Source: Candidatus Latescibacterota bacterium
GTDB lineage: Bacteria > Latescibacterota > UBA2968 > UBA8231
DNA length: 64,000 nt
Direction of reading: 5' to 3'
Assembly: GCA_965205655.1 (NCBI GenBank)
Contig: CBDBIJ010000022.1
Span: 1-64,000 of the forward strand
Each line of letters begins with the position of its first letter. The first letter of the stretch is position 1. The translations under genes and the position numbers were made by a program. The notes under the pieces were generated by a model. That model had not been told where the DNA came from and did no database searches. It saw nothing but the letters and a program-made list of their open reading frames with translations. Positions 1 through 10,880 of the stretch are shown one piece after another.

Positions 1-161
1 TCGGGCAACTCATCGCCGGCCAGCATGCGGAAAAAAGTCGTCTTACCGGCGCCGTTGGGCCCGATCAGCCCGATGCGTGCCCCCTCGCCGACGCCGAAGC
101 TGGCATTCCTGAACAAGACCTGCTCGCCGAAGATCTTCGACAAGCGCTCAATCGAAAGCAT
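1..161 (-). CDS. ABC-F family ATPase, N-terminal part (runs off the window edge)
   Basis: Manual translation from ATG at 161: MLSIERLSKIFGEQVLFRNASFGVGEGARIGLIGPNGAGKTTFFRMLAG, with Walker A GPNGAGKTT. Not in the ORF track. Confidence 0.8.
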   Translation of the reverse strand, partial: MLSIERLSKIFGEQVLFRNASFGVGEGARIGLIGPNGAGKTTFFRMLAGDELP

Positions 162-248
162 GTTGATTCTGCAACTTCCCGGTTTTCCCCCGGCTCCGGA
201 TTCCTATATAGTTAACCCGCGCCCTACACAACAGAAAGGAAGGCAATA

Positions 249-530
249 ATGCCAACAGCGTCAGCACGGCATATTTTGGTGCCGACGAAAGAAGGATGTA
301 ACGATCTGAAGGACCAGATCGCAGCCGGAGCGGATTTCTCCGCCGTCGCGGCCGAGCACTCTGAGTGCCCATCCGGCAAGGATGGCGGTGACCTCGGCGA
401 GTTCGAGCCCGGCCAGATGGTCCCGGAATTCGACGCGGTCGTCTTCAGCGCCGAAGTCGGTACGGTGCAGGGCCCGGTGAAGACGCAGTTCGGCTACCAT
501 CTGCTGGAGGTGACGTCGCGCACGGAGTAG
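249..530 (+). CDS. ppiC: Parvulin-type peptidyl-prolyl cis-trans isomerase
   Basis: 93 aa; ARHILV, SECPSGKDGGDLG, MVPEFD, GPVKTQFGYHLL motifs. Confidence 0.95.
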   Translation: MPTASARHILVPTKEGCNDLKDQIAAGADFSAVAAEHSECPSGKDGGDLGEFEPGQMVPEFDAVVFSAEVGTVQGPVKTQFGYHLLEVTSRTE

Positions 531-585
531 GTCCGGCCTCCGCGCGGATCAATGATCTTCGTAGCTCCTTTGCGTCAGGTCCTCA

Positions 586-2106
586 TCATCTCAGATCGTG
601 AATCGGGCCGTCTCCGTAACACAGGTGGTCGCAGGTCCACCGCACCGCGTAGAGATGCGCGTCGAACAGCTCGAACTCCAGGCGCACCTGTTTGCCGATT
701 AGGTCGCGCGCGCTCTTGCTCTTCCAGCGAACAGGGGCGTGCAGCTCATCTCCCTGTAGCGCCAAACAGTCGTCGAAGGTGAAGCCTTCCAGTGGCTTGA
801 AGTTGGTGTCGCAGGCCTGTACTCTGACCCGGCCGTAGGGTGCCAGGTAGTTGATGTTCAGGTTTCCCTCCGTCGGCAACATCCCTTTGAGTGAGACGCG
901 GCCCAGTCCGTTGCTGCGCAAGTAGGCGAACCCGTCCTTGCGCATGGTGGCGTGTCGCCAGCTATACTGCATCCTCTTGGGGAGGACATCGGTTCCGTCG
1001 CTATTGTCACGACCCTTCGAGTTCATCTCCGCCTGCGACAGAAACCCTCTTACGGCATGGCTGTTCGTGTTCCTCTTGACTACCCAGCGCAACTGCTGGT
1101 CGTCGTCGTAGCCGATGATGCTGGAGTCCGTCCAGAACCCCTGGTGCGCGTCCGGATCGTCGCGACCCAGAATCGGCTGGCGATCGGTGCGGTTCCAGTA
1201 AAGGCCGTTGTAGCTGTAGGCCAGCTCGCTCCAGCCTTCGCCTAGCCACTTGCCCGCGCCCCCCCACACGTCGCTCCAGGGTCCGCGCTCACTCAGGGAC
1301 GCGCGGTAGACGTTCAGTGAGCCGATGAAGTATCCCTCGAAATCGTCGGCCGTACCGGACCCGTTCGTCACCCCGTACGGCCACACCCGCAGGCCGTAGA
1401 ACTGGAGGGCCGGGCAAGTCCAGGCCGTCGGGGTGCATCGCCGTGTACACGTCGGTCCAGTTCTTCAAATCCGGTGACGAGGTGATGGCGATGCGCCGGT
1501 CCGGACAGTAGGGCCGGCAGACCATGTGCCATTGTTTCGTGACCGGACTGTAGAAGGGGGTGCGCGTACCGTCGTTGCCCCCGACCCGCGTGTAGTATGC
1601 GTAGTCGGGATTGTGGAAGGTGTCCCAGCGAATACCGTCTGGTGACCAGCCGATGATGCAGTCGTGCCAGGGTCTGTCCTCCTGGCCTTCATACTCGACG
1701 CTTGCGAAGCCGGCTTTGTAGCGGCGTTGCGGATCCTCGTCGAACGGGTCCCAGCGAATCTGCTTGGCAGTCTCGGCAAACACGCAGTTGTCGAAGTCCT
1801 TGACCGGGCGGTGATCGTCCGGGAGCTTGGCCCGTCGCCACTCGATGCCGTCGTCGCTCTCGGCCAGACAGAACTGCGAGCGCGGGTTCTTGCCCGGTTC
1901 AATTATTTCGTCCGGACTCAGGCGCCTGGTGTAGAACATGCGCCACTTTGTCGGCCACTGGTCGCCCGGCAGCTCGATCGTGGACTCGGAGCCGAACTCA
2001 CCAGTGATGACCGGTCCTTCCTCCTTCGGCCGGCCGTAGCGGCGTTCGATGTCCTGGCAGTCGTCGATCATCCCAGTCGTCGAGGAAGAGAAAATAGGCT
2101 CATCAT
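586..2106 (-). CDS. Glycosidase-like five-bladed beta-propeller protein with C-terminal beta-sandwich (frameshifted)
   Basis: ORFs 1289-2071 and 586-1386 join. ESDDGIEW, SPDGIRW and SPDLKNW Asp-box-like repeats; RKDGFAY...LNINY...GRVRVQ tail. RBS GAAGGAG and ATG at 2106. Frameshifts near 2075 and 1400. Confidence 0.7.
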
Positions 2107-2300
2107 GGAGTGGCTCCTTCGTGCTTTGTTGTGGTCTAGCGGCGCCGTCGATGGCTCGGCTCGGGGTATCGGCCTGACTGATAGCACCGTATTATAAGTC
2201 CTCGCACGGATCTTTGAGAACCTGCCGGAAGATCGACTACAATCATTTCATCGCTCCTGCGTAGCCCAGCTCGATTTCACGACCTGATTTAGGAGATCCA

Positions 2301-3757
2301 ATGGACGCCCAACCGTCTCATGTATTCGGAACTGAAAAGCAGATCCTCTTTGACGATGCGCTGGTGGAGGACAAGCGCGGTTTTACCCTTGCGATGAACC
2401 CCGCCATTCGCACCGAGGCGCCCGCCCTCACACCCGACAAACCGTGGGAGGTCAAGGGGCTCAGCATGCCGAGCATCGTCTCGGACGACGGCGACGGGCA
2501 CAAAATGTGGTACTACAGTCCCGACCCGGACGGAAACGGCCACGTGCTCTGCCACGCCACCTCGACCGATGGCCTTGTCTGGGAGAAACCGGATCTGGGC
2601 GTCGAGGAGTTCAAAGGAAGCAAGGATAACAAACATCGTCTCGCGGGGAATCCACGGTGACGTGTTCGCAGATCCGCACGACGCGCCCGAGCGGCGTTAC
2701 AAGCTGATCGGCGGCGACGGATCGAGGTGGGGCGTCACTAGCGTCAACTGCGGCGGTGCCCGCTTCCGCTACTTCACCGGAAAGCTCGAGACGTGGGAGT
2801 ACGGGCGCCGTGGCCGGTGCCCACTCACCGGACGGCATTCACTGGACCCGCGCTATGACAAACCGATCATGCCGTGGTACACAGACACACAGAATGTCGC
2901 CTTCTGGGACGACCGGCTCGATCGCTATGTCGCCTACGTCCGTTGGAACGAGCACCTTCACATCGACGAGGAAGGAAGGCAGGCAGATGGGCTCCTTCGA
3001 CTACCGGGCCATCGCGCGTTCCGAGAGCACCGACTTCACCAGATTTCCCGAGCCGGTCAAGGTGCACGAGCCGGATTTCAGCCTGATCGAGGACGACGAT
3101 ATGTCCGGCGGCGGCCTCTACAACACCGGCGCTATCAAGTATCCCTTTGCCGCTGATGCCTATCTCATCTTTCCATCGGCCTACCACCACACCAGTGACA
3201 CCCTGGACATCCAGCTGGCGACGAGTCGCGACGGTATCCACTTCGAGCGCTGGCTCGACCCCTTTGTCCGACTGGGGGCGACTGGCGACTTCGACTCACG
3301 CGGGCTGTACATGGCCGCCGGCCTCATCCCGGCAGGCGATGAGCTGTTTCTCTACTATGACGGCGTCTCGTCGAGGCACGACCTCGACCACGATCACCGC
3401 CAACCAGCCCGCATCGGCCGGCTGCACGTCCGTCTCGACGGCTTCGTGTCACAGGACGCCGATGCGGAGGAGTCGTCTCTGACGACAGTTCCGTTCGTTC
3501 TCGACGGCGATCAGTTGCACGTCAACATGGACGCCAGCTCGCGTGGCTGGCTCAAGGTGGAGATCCTCGACGCCAGTGGACACACCCTCTGGGGATACAG
3601 CAAGGCCGAAGCGGACCGTCTCATGTTCAACGATGTCGCCGCGGCGGCGAGCTGGAACGGCAATAGCGATCTTTCATCGTTGCGCGGCAGAAACGTGCGG
3701 CTTCGCTTTCTCGGTCAGTCGGCAAAGCTCTACGCTTTCCAGTTCGTCAACTCGTAG
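2301..3757 (+). CDS. Glycosidase-like beta-propeller protein, paralog 2 (frameshifted)
   Basis: ORFs 2301-2660, 2569-3156 and 2756-3757 tile one protein: STDGLVWEKP, SPDGIHW, DTQNVAFWD, SRDGIHF, RLDGFVS, AKLYAFQF. Shifts near 2632, 2805, 2855 and 2975. Confidence 0.75.
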
Positions 3758-3781
3758 CGTTACCTGGCGGGGAGCCTCTGA

Positions 3782-4795
3782 ATGCTGAATCTCGGATTCG
3801 TCGGTGCTGGAGGGATTGCCCGCCACCACGCTATCAGGCTGAAGTAAATCAGATCCGCTCGCATTATCGCCGTCGCCGATATCGACGAAGGGGCGGCGCG
3901 TTCCTTTGCCGCAGACAACCGAAGGGACCGCGATATCGCCGTCTGTGTCGACCACCGCCAACTCGTCAAGAGGGATGACGTGGATGCTGTCTATGTCTGC
4001 ACCCGCACCTACCAGCACGCCACGCCCGTCATCGCCGCGGCCCGCGCCGGCAAGCATGTCTTCTGCGAAAAGCCGATGGCCCTCAAGCTCGGGGACGCCA
4101 AGCGCATGGCCGAGGCCTGCAAAAAAGCCGGCGTGGCTCTCACCATCGGGTTCGTCCGGCGTTTTGACAGGGAGTGGGGTGCCATGAAGAAGGTTGTCGA
4201 CTCGGGCACTCTCGGTCATCCCCTTATCTGGCGTTTTTCCAGCGCCACCTTCCAGGCCCGTGTCTGGTACCGCGACGTCGACAAAGGAGGCGGGCCGCTT
4301 ATAGATGCCGCCGTGCACAACTATGATTTTGCTCTGCAGATGTTCGGTCCTGTGAATTCGGTTCAGGCTTCCAGCAATCAACTTGCCCCAGACTCGGTCG
4401 GGGCCGACGGCGGCAGCGCCATCCTGACATTCGATTCCGGCCATCAACATACGCTGATCTGGACCTGGGGAGCGGCACGGGACGTTCCGTTCACGGGTCT
4501 CAACGACATTGTCGGTCCCGCGGGCTGGGTGCGATTTGGCGACCGCGCAGTTGAGAAGCCGGCGTCTTTCGATCCTGCGAAACATGGAGCTCTCACAGTC
4601 ACCAGAGGAGATGGCTCCGAGCGCTTCGTCACCTACCCCAGGCCAGACATGTTTGCGGACCAGGCAACCCACGTCATCAAGTGCTTCGCGCGCAATCAGC
4701 AACCTCTGGTTACGGGCAGCGACGGCATTGCCGCCTTGAAGGTTGCCCTGGCCGTGCTGAAGTCGGGGAGAACGCGACGGACAGTCAAGCCGTGA
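3782..4795 (+). CDS. Gfo/Idh/MocA oxidoreductase with an internal in-frame TAA (3845-3847)
   Basis: ATG 3782 MLNLGFVGAGGIA (Rossmann motif) is in frame with ORF 3980-4795, which has AGKHVFCEKP and GGGPLIDAAVH. Confidence 0.85.
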
Positions 4796-4820
4796 TCTCT
4801 TCTAAAGCGACGGAGCTCTC

Positions 4821-6203
4821 TTACTCGATCCAGAAGGAGTAGAGACTCGCCTGATGCAGGAAGAACTTCAACCGCACCGGCTTCTCGAAGACGAGATCAT
4901 GCTCTTTTAAGAAGGAAACCTTGTGGCGTGTGTCATCTCCCGTAACAGGCGGCGGTTCCGTGCCTGGGACCCCGAACCCGGGAATGACTCTGCGCGACTC
5001 GCCGTCGAGAATAGAGACGTAGATCTCCCCCCAATTGGCGTTGACGTTGACGTAGATATCCTCGCCCCTCAAATCGAACGGTTTGGTAACGATGACTCCG
5101 CACAAATCGCCTTCTGCGGAGACAAACCCGTCCGGTCGCAGCTTGGCCAGCGATAGGGCCCCCGAGTCGACGAAGTGCTCGGGATTCACTGCGAGCCGGT
5201 GTAACTCCTTCGTCTTTCCGAATTTCCTAAAGTCCTCAAGGCTCGATCCCCATCTCAGGCCGTTGTAATAACACCAGATCTCGCCGTCGTCGCGCACCAC
5301 AGGCTGCCCTGCCATCAACAGCTGACCGGTATCATAGGTTTCACCGTCGTACGGCTCGACGCCGATGAATACCTCGCGATCGCCGACCCGCTCCCAGTTG
5401 TAGAGGTCGCGGGAAACGCTCAGCTCGATCTGATTGATGCGAGTGAAATTGGTCGGCGGTGCCGGCAAGGCCCCGAAGGGATTGAAGATCACAGGGAAAC
5501 CGACGTAGAGCCCCTGGTAGGGCATGACCGCCATGTTGTAGACCTCGGCGATGTAGTCCTCTTCGTCGACGACGGCAGGTGTCAGGAAAGCGGGATCATC
5601 GATGAGGCGGCGAACCCGCTGGCGGCAGTTTTCGCGGTCGATCTCGTCTGCGTGGAAGATGAGCTTCGGTTCGCTGAAGGTCTCGAAATCCGCACTCGTC
5701 GACAGCCACACCGAACGCCCCCACTCCGTTCCCAGCTTCACCATCGCCAGAAACTGTCCGGTGTACGGGTCGTAGGTGAACTGTGACTCGTCCGAGCTGG
5801 GTATGGGCGGTGTGTCGATCTTCGTCCAGCTGAAGCCGTCAGGCGATACCGCGGGCTGTTTGTCCCCGCCGCCGAGCAGTGCCTTGTAGCGGCGACCCGG
5901 ATCCGCGTCCGCCTCGTCGCGCACGATGTGACACAGGCTGTCGGCCGGACTGCAGGCGATATCGTTTTCCCAGTGTTCCCCATCTTCCGAAGTGGCGTAG
6001 CGTCCGGAGTACCACCACTCCCAGAGCCCCTTCTCGGAGTTCCACTGCGGACAGTTGCGGCTCTCGACTCCACCCGCTATGAGGGGTCCGCATTTCTTCG
6101 GCTGATGCAGCTTCCTGGAGATTCGCTCCTCGAGATCGACGGCGCCGCGGTCGATGAAGAGCTGGTGATGTTTCTTCGGATCGATCTTGTCCATACTGCT
6201 CAT
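4821..6203 (-). CDS. Glycosidase-like beta-propeller protein, paralog 3 (intact)
   Basis: 460 aa; HQLFID start, SEDGEHW, SPDGFSW, SRDLYNW, LRPDGFVS, ASLYSFW end. Same architecture as the two upstream paralogs. Confidence 0.75.
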   Translation of the reverse strand: MSSMDKIDPKKHHQLFIDRGAVDLEERISRKLHQPKKCGPLIAGGVESRNCPQWNSEKGLWEWWYSGRYATSEDGEHWENDIACSPADSLCHIVRDEADADPGRRYKALLGGGDKQPAVSPDGFSWTKIDTPPIPSSDESQFTYDPYTGQFLAMVKLGTEWGRSVWLSTSADFETFSEPKLIFHADEIDRENCRQRVRRLIDDPAFLTPAVVDEEDYIAEVYNMAVMPYQGLYVGFPVIFNPFGALPAPPTNFTRINQIELSVSRDLYNWERVGDREVFIGVEPYDGETYDTGQLLMAGQPVVRDDGEIWCYYNGLRWGSSLEDFRKFGKTKELHRLAVNPEHFVDSGALSLAKLRPDGFVSAEGDLCGVIVTKPFDLRGEDIYVNVNANWGEIYVSILDGESRRVIPGFGVPGTEPPPVTGDDTRHKVSFLKEHDLVFEKPVRLKFFLHQASLYSFWIE

Positions 6204-8731
6204 TCGCGCGAACCGGCGAACTCCTCGTAAAAGCTGTCGAAGGCAGGAGCCGTGCCGCAGACGTAGAGGGCGTCCTCTTCGGCGAGCACGAATGACGGCG
6301 GGATGTCCATGATGACTTCACCGGCGCGCTCGACGGCGATGACCGAGCAGCCCGTGCGTTCGCGAACTCTGGATTCCAACGGATGGTGGCCGGCCAGCCG
6401 GCCGGCGTCGAGCTTGGCGAGCTTGATGCGCGCCTGATGCGAGACCATCTCACCAAGGACGTGATGGGCGAGAAGCTGCCCGGCGACCTGACTTACCGAT
6501 AGAGCGAAGTCGGCGCCGGCCTGCTGAATGCGTCCTACATTCTCTGCCAGGGCAGCGCAGGCGATGATAGGCACGTCCGGAGCGTGGTTGCGGACGACGA
6601 TTGCTGCGAGGAGGGTGGCGCTGTCGTTTTCGGCCGCGAGAATGACGACGCGAGCCGTGGACACGGAGGCGCGCTCCAGCACGCGCGTATCGAGAACGTC
6701 GATGACGCACACCTGTTCATCTGCGTCGGTGAGCATCTCGACCAGCTTGCTACCTACATCTCCGAAGCCCGCCACCACGATCGCTCCTTGCTGTGTGATC
6801 GGCCTGGCGACGTCGCTGAGACGCTTGATGCTGTCGGGGCTGCCGGCGGCTACCAGAATCATCCCCGGCCGCAGAACCTGATCGGCTGCTGGCGGCGAGT
6901 GGAGCGCCTCGTCCACCCACTGACCGACGATGTGGGCCCCGGTGTCGGCGCGGATGCCCGATTCCAAAAGGGTCTTGTTGGCCAATGGGCTCTCGTCGTG
7001 GACGCGAACCTCGGCCACCTCGAGCAAATGCCCGAGCGGCTCCACACCCGTCACGCTTGGCCCTATTCTGGAACTGGCGCGCACGGCGACAGCGGCCGCC
7101 AGCACATGATTGGGAGTGAACGCCGCTGTCGCTCCGGCGAGCTGCATCGGCGCTCGGTGATTGGGGTTGTCGATCAGTGCGACGATTGGACCTTCGAATC
7201 CAAGCTCGCGGGCACTTGCCGCGAGCAAGGCGTTGTGCTCGTCCTCGCCGTTGGCCACCAGGGCTCGCGCCTTTGTCAGCGGCCGCAGGTCGAGATGCCC
7301 TTCTGCGATTGAGGTGTGCGCGACCCGTCGGCGTCGCGCATGCAACCGCCGCGCTGTGGTCTCGTCCTCTTCGATCACAACGCTGCTCAGGCCACGGCTG
7401 TCGAGCTCCTCCAACAGCGAGTCTACTTCGGGACCGTATCCGTAGATCACAACCGAACCTTCCAGGTCGGGCAACGAATGCGGGAGTGGCCCCTCATAGC
7501 GCTCCTCTACGAGTGGCGAGCTGAACTTGTCGATCTGCACGACACCGCTGGTTGCATCCGTCTGCCGGACCGCCTTTCCCTTGAGCATCACGGCGCACCC
7601 CTTCAACGCCAGCGGTGTGAACAGGTTCAGGAGGAAGGCGGTGAAAATCAGCGCCGTGAAAATTCCCTGGTCGATGGCTCCCTGGGCCAGAGCCAGCGAG
7701 GCCAGAATGAACGCCATCTCGGCTCGTCCGCACATGCCGACGCCGACAGTCAGCGCTTCGCGGCGCGGCATCCCCATGCGCAGAGCCATGGCGCCGGCAC
7801 TGAGGATCTGGCCGACGATCACGATAACCGTCAGTAAGACGATGAAGGCCACGCCGGCGGCACTGATGTCGAACGTGATGGAAAAACCCAGCGAAATGAA
7901 AAAAATGGGGCCTAGAAACGAATACCCGATTCCGTAGGCGCGATCGTTGACAATCCGCACCAGATTCGGGTGCGCCACCTTGTCCTCGAAGAACAGGCCC
8001 GCCATATAGGCGCCGAGAATCATGTGGAGGCCGATGGCTTCGGCAAACAGGCCTGCGCCGATCGCAGTGAACAGTACAAAGGTGAACCCTTTCCCTCCCT
8101 CGGAGCGGAACGGCAGGGTGAGCCGGGGATAGATGAATCGCCCCAGTGCCACCGAGACGGCGAAAAAGCCCACGACCTTGCCCAGAGTGATCAGGATGCC
8201 CATGGGTTCGAACGTGCCACCTGACAGAACGCCGATGACGAGGCCGAAGAAAACGAGCGTCAGTAGGTCATCGATCACGCAGCTGGCGATGACGACCCGT
8301 GCCAAGCGCGTGTTGCCGAGCCCCAGATCCTTGAGGCTCTTGAGCGTTATCACCACGGCGGTGGCCGTCATCGTCAGCCCGACGAAGGTGGCGCCGACCG
8401 GGTCCATGCCGAAGAGCGTGGCGACTCCGAAGCTGACCGTGAACGGCACGATGGCCCCGACCACGGCGACTCCCAGCGAGCGCTTTAGCGCGTCGTAGAA
8501 TTCGAGCGGCTGCGTCTCCAGGCCGGCGTGGAACATCAGAAAGAATATGCCGATCTCGGCCAGCAGCTTGATGGCCTCACCCGGCTCGATCAGGCCCAGC
8601 ACGGCCGGACCGAGCAACACTCCAACGATCAGCTCACCCATCACCGTCGGCAGGCCGAGCGGGCGCAGCGTCACGGCCACCAGCCAGATGCTGGCGAGCA
8701 GAATCAGCAGATCGAAACCGACTTCGTGCAC
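6200..8731 (-). CDS. Cation:proton antiporter (CPA2/Kef-like) with tandem TrkA-N/TrkA-C (RCK) domains
   Basis: Hydrophobic N-terminal half with GELIVGVLLGP and VIDD; then VVIYGYG and VVAGFGDVG Rossmann motifs and TrkA-C segments. Likely start is GTG at 8731. Confidence 0.9.
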   Translation of the reverse strand: MHEVGFDLLILLASIWLVAVTLRPLGLPTVMGELIVGVLLGPAVLGLIEPGEAIKLLAEIGIFFLMFHAGLETQPLEFYDALKRSLGVAVVGAIVPFTVSFGVATLFGMDPVGATFVGLTMTATAVVITLKSLKDLGLGNTRLARVVIASCVIDDLLTLVFFGLVIGVLSGGTFEPMGILITLGKVVGFFAVSVALGRFIYPRLTLPFRSEGGKGFTFVLFTAIGAGLFAEAIGLHMILGAYMAGLFFEDKVAHPNLVRIVNDRAYGIGYSFLGPIFFISLGFSITFDISAAGVAFIVLLTVIVIVGQILSAGAMALRMGMPRREALTVGVGMCGRAEMAFILASLALAQGAIDQGIFTALIFTAFLLNLFTPLALKGCAVMLKGKAVRQTDATSGVVQIDKFSSPLVEERYEGPLPHSLPDLEGSVVIYGYGPEVDSLLEELDSRGLSSVVIEEDETTARRLHARRRRVAHTSIAEGHLDLRPLTKARALVANGEDEHNALLAASARELGFEGPIVALIDNPNHRAPMQLAGATAAFTPNHVLAAAVAVRASSRIGPSVTGVEPLGHLLEVAEVRVHDESPLANKTLLESGIRADTGAHIVGQWVDEALHSPPAADQVLRPGMILVAAGSPDSIKRLSDVARPITQQGAIVVAGFGDVGSKLVEMLTDADEQVCVIDVLDTRVLERASVSTARVVILAAENDSATLLAAIVVRNHAPDVPIIACAALAENVGRIQQAGADFALSVSQVAGQLLAHHVLGEMVSHQARIKLAKLDAGRLAGHHPLESRVRERTGCSVIAVERAGEVIMDIPPSFVLAEEDALYVCGTAPAFDSFYEEFAGSRE

Positions 8732-8735
8732 GACG

Positions 8736-9095
8736 CTACTTCCACTTTTCCAGAATGAATTCGCAGCCGAAACCGTAGGTCCGCGTCTCGTCGACGAGGA
8801 GGGCCATCTCCGGAAACTTGATGATCCGCCAGCCGTCCGCCATGGCATCGGCCACCGATCCGTAAGGCCAGTCCTCCTCACTCGATGGATCTTGAAAACT
8901 GCCGTTCTCGAATCGGCTCATGCCGATCACCTCGCTCGTGAGCGACGATCCCTTCGCCTGCAGATAAAGAATGCTCTGTCGCTTTGACGATTTGTCGGCC
9001 AGCTCGCCGATCCTCCGCAGACTCTCCTCGGTCAGCGAGCCCCGCCTGAACTCCTCGATGCAGGACTCGATCTGCTGCTCAACCGTCGTCGCCAT
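8736..9095 (-). CDS. Small hypothetical protein translationally coupled to the PhyH gene
   Basis: ATG at 9095 overlaps the PhyH stop (TGATG); 119 aa ending PYGSVADAMADGWRIIKFP...EFILEKWK. Confidence 0.7.
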   Translation of the reverse strand: MATTVEQQIESCIEEFRRGSLTEESLRRIGELADKSSKRQSILYLQAKGSSLTSEVIGMSRFENGSFQDPSSEEDWPYGSVADAMADGWRIIKFPEMALLVDETRTYGFGCEFILEKWK

Positions 9096-9699
9096 CAGCG
9101 CCTTGCTCGCGTTCCGGGCGCTGCCGCGTCGCAATGGGAACAGCTTTGGTCAGAATCGTAGTAGTAGACAGGCAAGTTGTTGCTCCAGGCGCGGCACTTC
9201 TCGTGCTCGCCGCACAGCCAGTAGAACATCTCCGCAGAATCATCCATGGCGCGATGGGCGTCGCGATGGTCGACGTTGAAGTCGGTGCGGTGGGAGGCAT
9301 GGGCGAGCTCGAGCTTCGGATCCGTGATCCAGTCCCGCGTTGGAGTGGCCGTGCGCATGTACCAGTACTTGAGTAGGTTGCGCCGCCTTTTCGCCGTCGA
9401 CGCGGCGCGCCGATGCCAGACCGAGTACATCGTCACAAAGATTGACCCCGCTGGCGCCGCAGTCGAGACAGTCCCCTTGAAACTGCGGTAGTGATCCATG
9501 TGTGGAAACCTGCTGAACAGGAAGTGTGAGCCTGGCAGTATTTCCGTCGGCCCCAGCTCTTTCGGCGTGTCCTGGGGATAGTAGAACACCTGCAGCGAGT
9601 CGAGCTCCGGACCGTAGTGGGAGGAGCCGTCACGGTGCCACTGTTGTGCCTCCGTCGGCTCTTCTGTCAGATGATTGTGGAGGTACGCGAGTTCAACCA

Positions 9700-9733
9700 G
9701 TCAACGCAACACCTTCGTCAAGGCAACACCTTC
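9700..9733. repeat. Tandem 17-bp duplication of the inner part of the IS30 inverted repeat
   Basis: GTCAACGCAACACCTTC followed directly by GTCAAGGCAACACCTTC. Confidence 0.85.
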
Positions 9734-10880
9734 ACTGAATCGTTCTGCGGGTGAAACGAACCCCAACGTCTTCCGCGGGCGCTGGTTCAGTTGAAGAGCG
9801 ACTCTGTTCAGGTCGGCTTGGGAGAATGGCGACAGATCGGTCTTCCTCGGGAAGTACTGTCGAAGAAGGCGATTCGTGTTCTCATTTGTGCCTCGTTGCC
9901 AGGGACTCTGAGGATCACAGAAATACACCTCGACGTCAGTTGCGATCGAGAACTCCTTGCGCCGAGCTAGCTCCATTCCTCGATCCCAGGCAAGGGACAA
10001 CCGCACCGCGGAGGGGAGTCGTTTCACCTGGCTGATCAGCGCTTTGACAACGGTCTCGGTGTCTTTGCCATTGAGCTTCACGAGCATCGTGAACCGAGAC
10101 TGCCGCTCCACTCAACGTGGCGATGTGCGTGTTGTTCGACCCCGAGATCAAGTCTCCCTCCCAGTGGCCGGGAACGGCGCGGTCCTCGATCTCGGCAGGC
10201 CGCTCGCTGATGGATACGGCGTCGACGATCCGGCCTCTCGGCTGATCGCGTGTGCTTGCCTTCTTGGATCGCCGCATCATCCTTCGCGTCCGCCGATGCG
10301 CAATGAGGTCCTTGCTGAGTGCCCCGCGTGCCTGGATGAAGAGAGTTCGATAGATCGTTTCGTGGGATATCTGCATATTTCCTAAAAGCGCATACTCCCG
10401 CTTCAGCCATCCCGATATCTGCTCAGGTGACCACTTCAGGCGTAGCTTGCCCGCCACGACTCGCCGCAAACGAAGATTGGATGCGAGTCGGCAGCATTTC
10501 GGCCGGCGAGCGCGCGTCCAGGCTGCTTGGTCAGCGACGTTTGCTCGGTACTTCTGCCGCCCGCCATTGCGGGCAATCTCTCGGCTAACCGTCGAGGGTG
10601 CACGTTCAACAGCGGCCGCAATTATTCGTATCGATTTTCCCGCAGCGATACCTCGAGAGATCTCTTCACGCTCTTCCCAGCCAAGAGCCCATCGAGAGCG
10701 TCGACGCGGCATTGGTACGATACCCCCATTGGCGGCGATGACACCATGAATCGACGCCGGATGCTTCCCGAGCGCCCGACCAATATCGCTATGCGACTGG
10801 CCGCTCTTCCATCGACGCCATACCTCCGACTTCTGTGACGCGGACAATCCTGGTCGTCCCATCTGAGCCATGTGCAACAT
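9701..10880 (-). CDS. IS30-family DDE transposase (one frameshift near 10112)
   Basis: Helix-turn-helix STVSREI, WSPEQI, SHETIY, GHWEGD, WDRGME, SPWQRGTNEN, LNQRPRKTLG. Confidence 0.93.
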
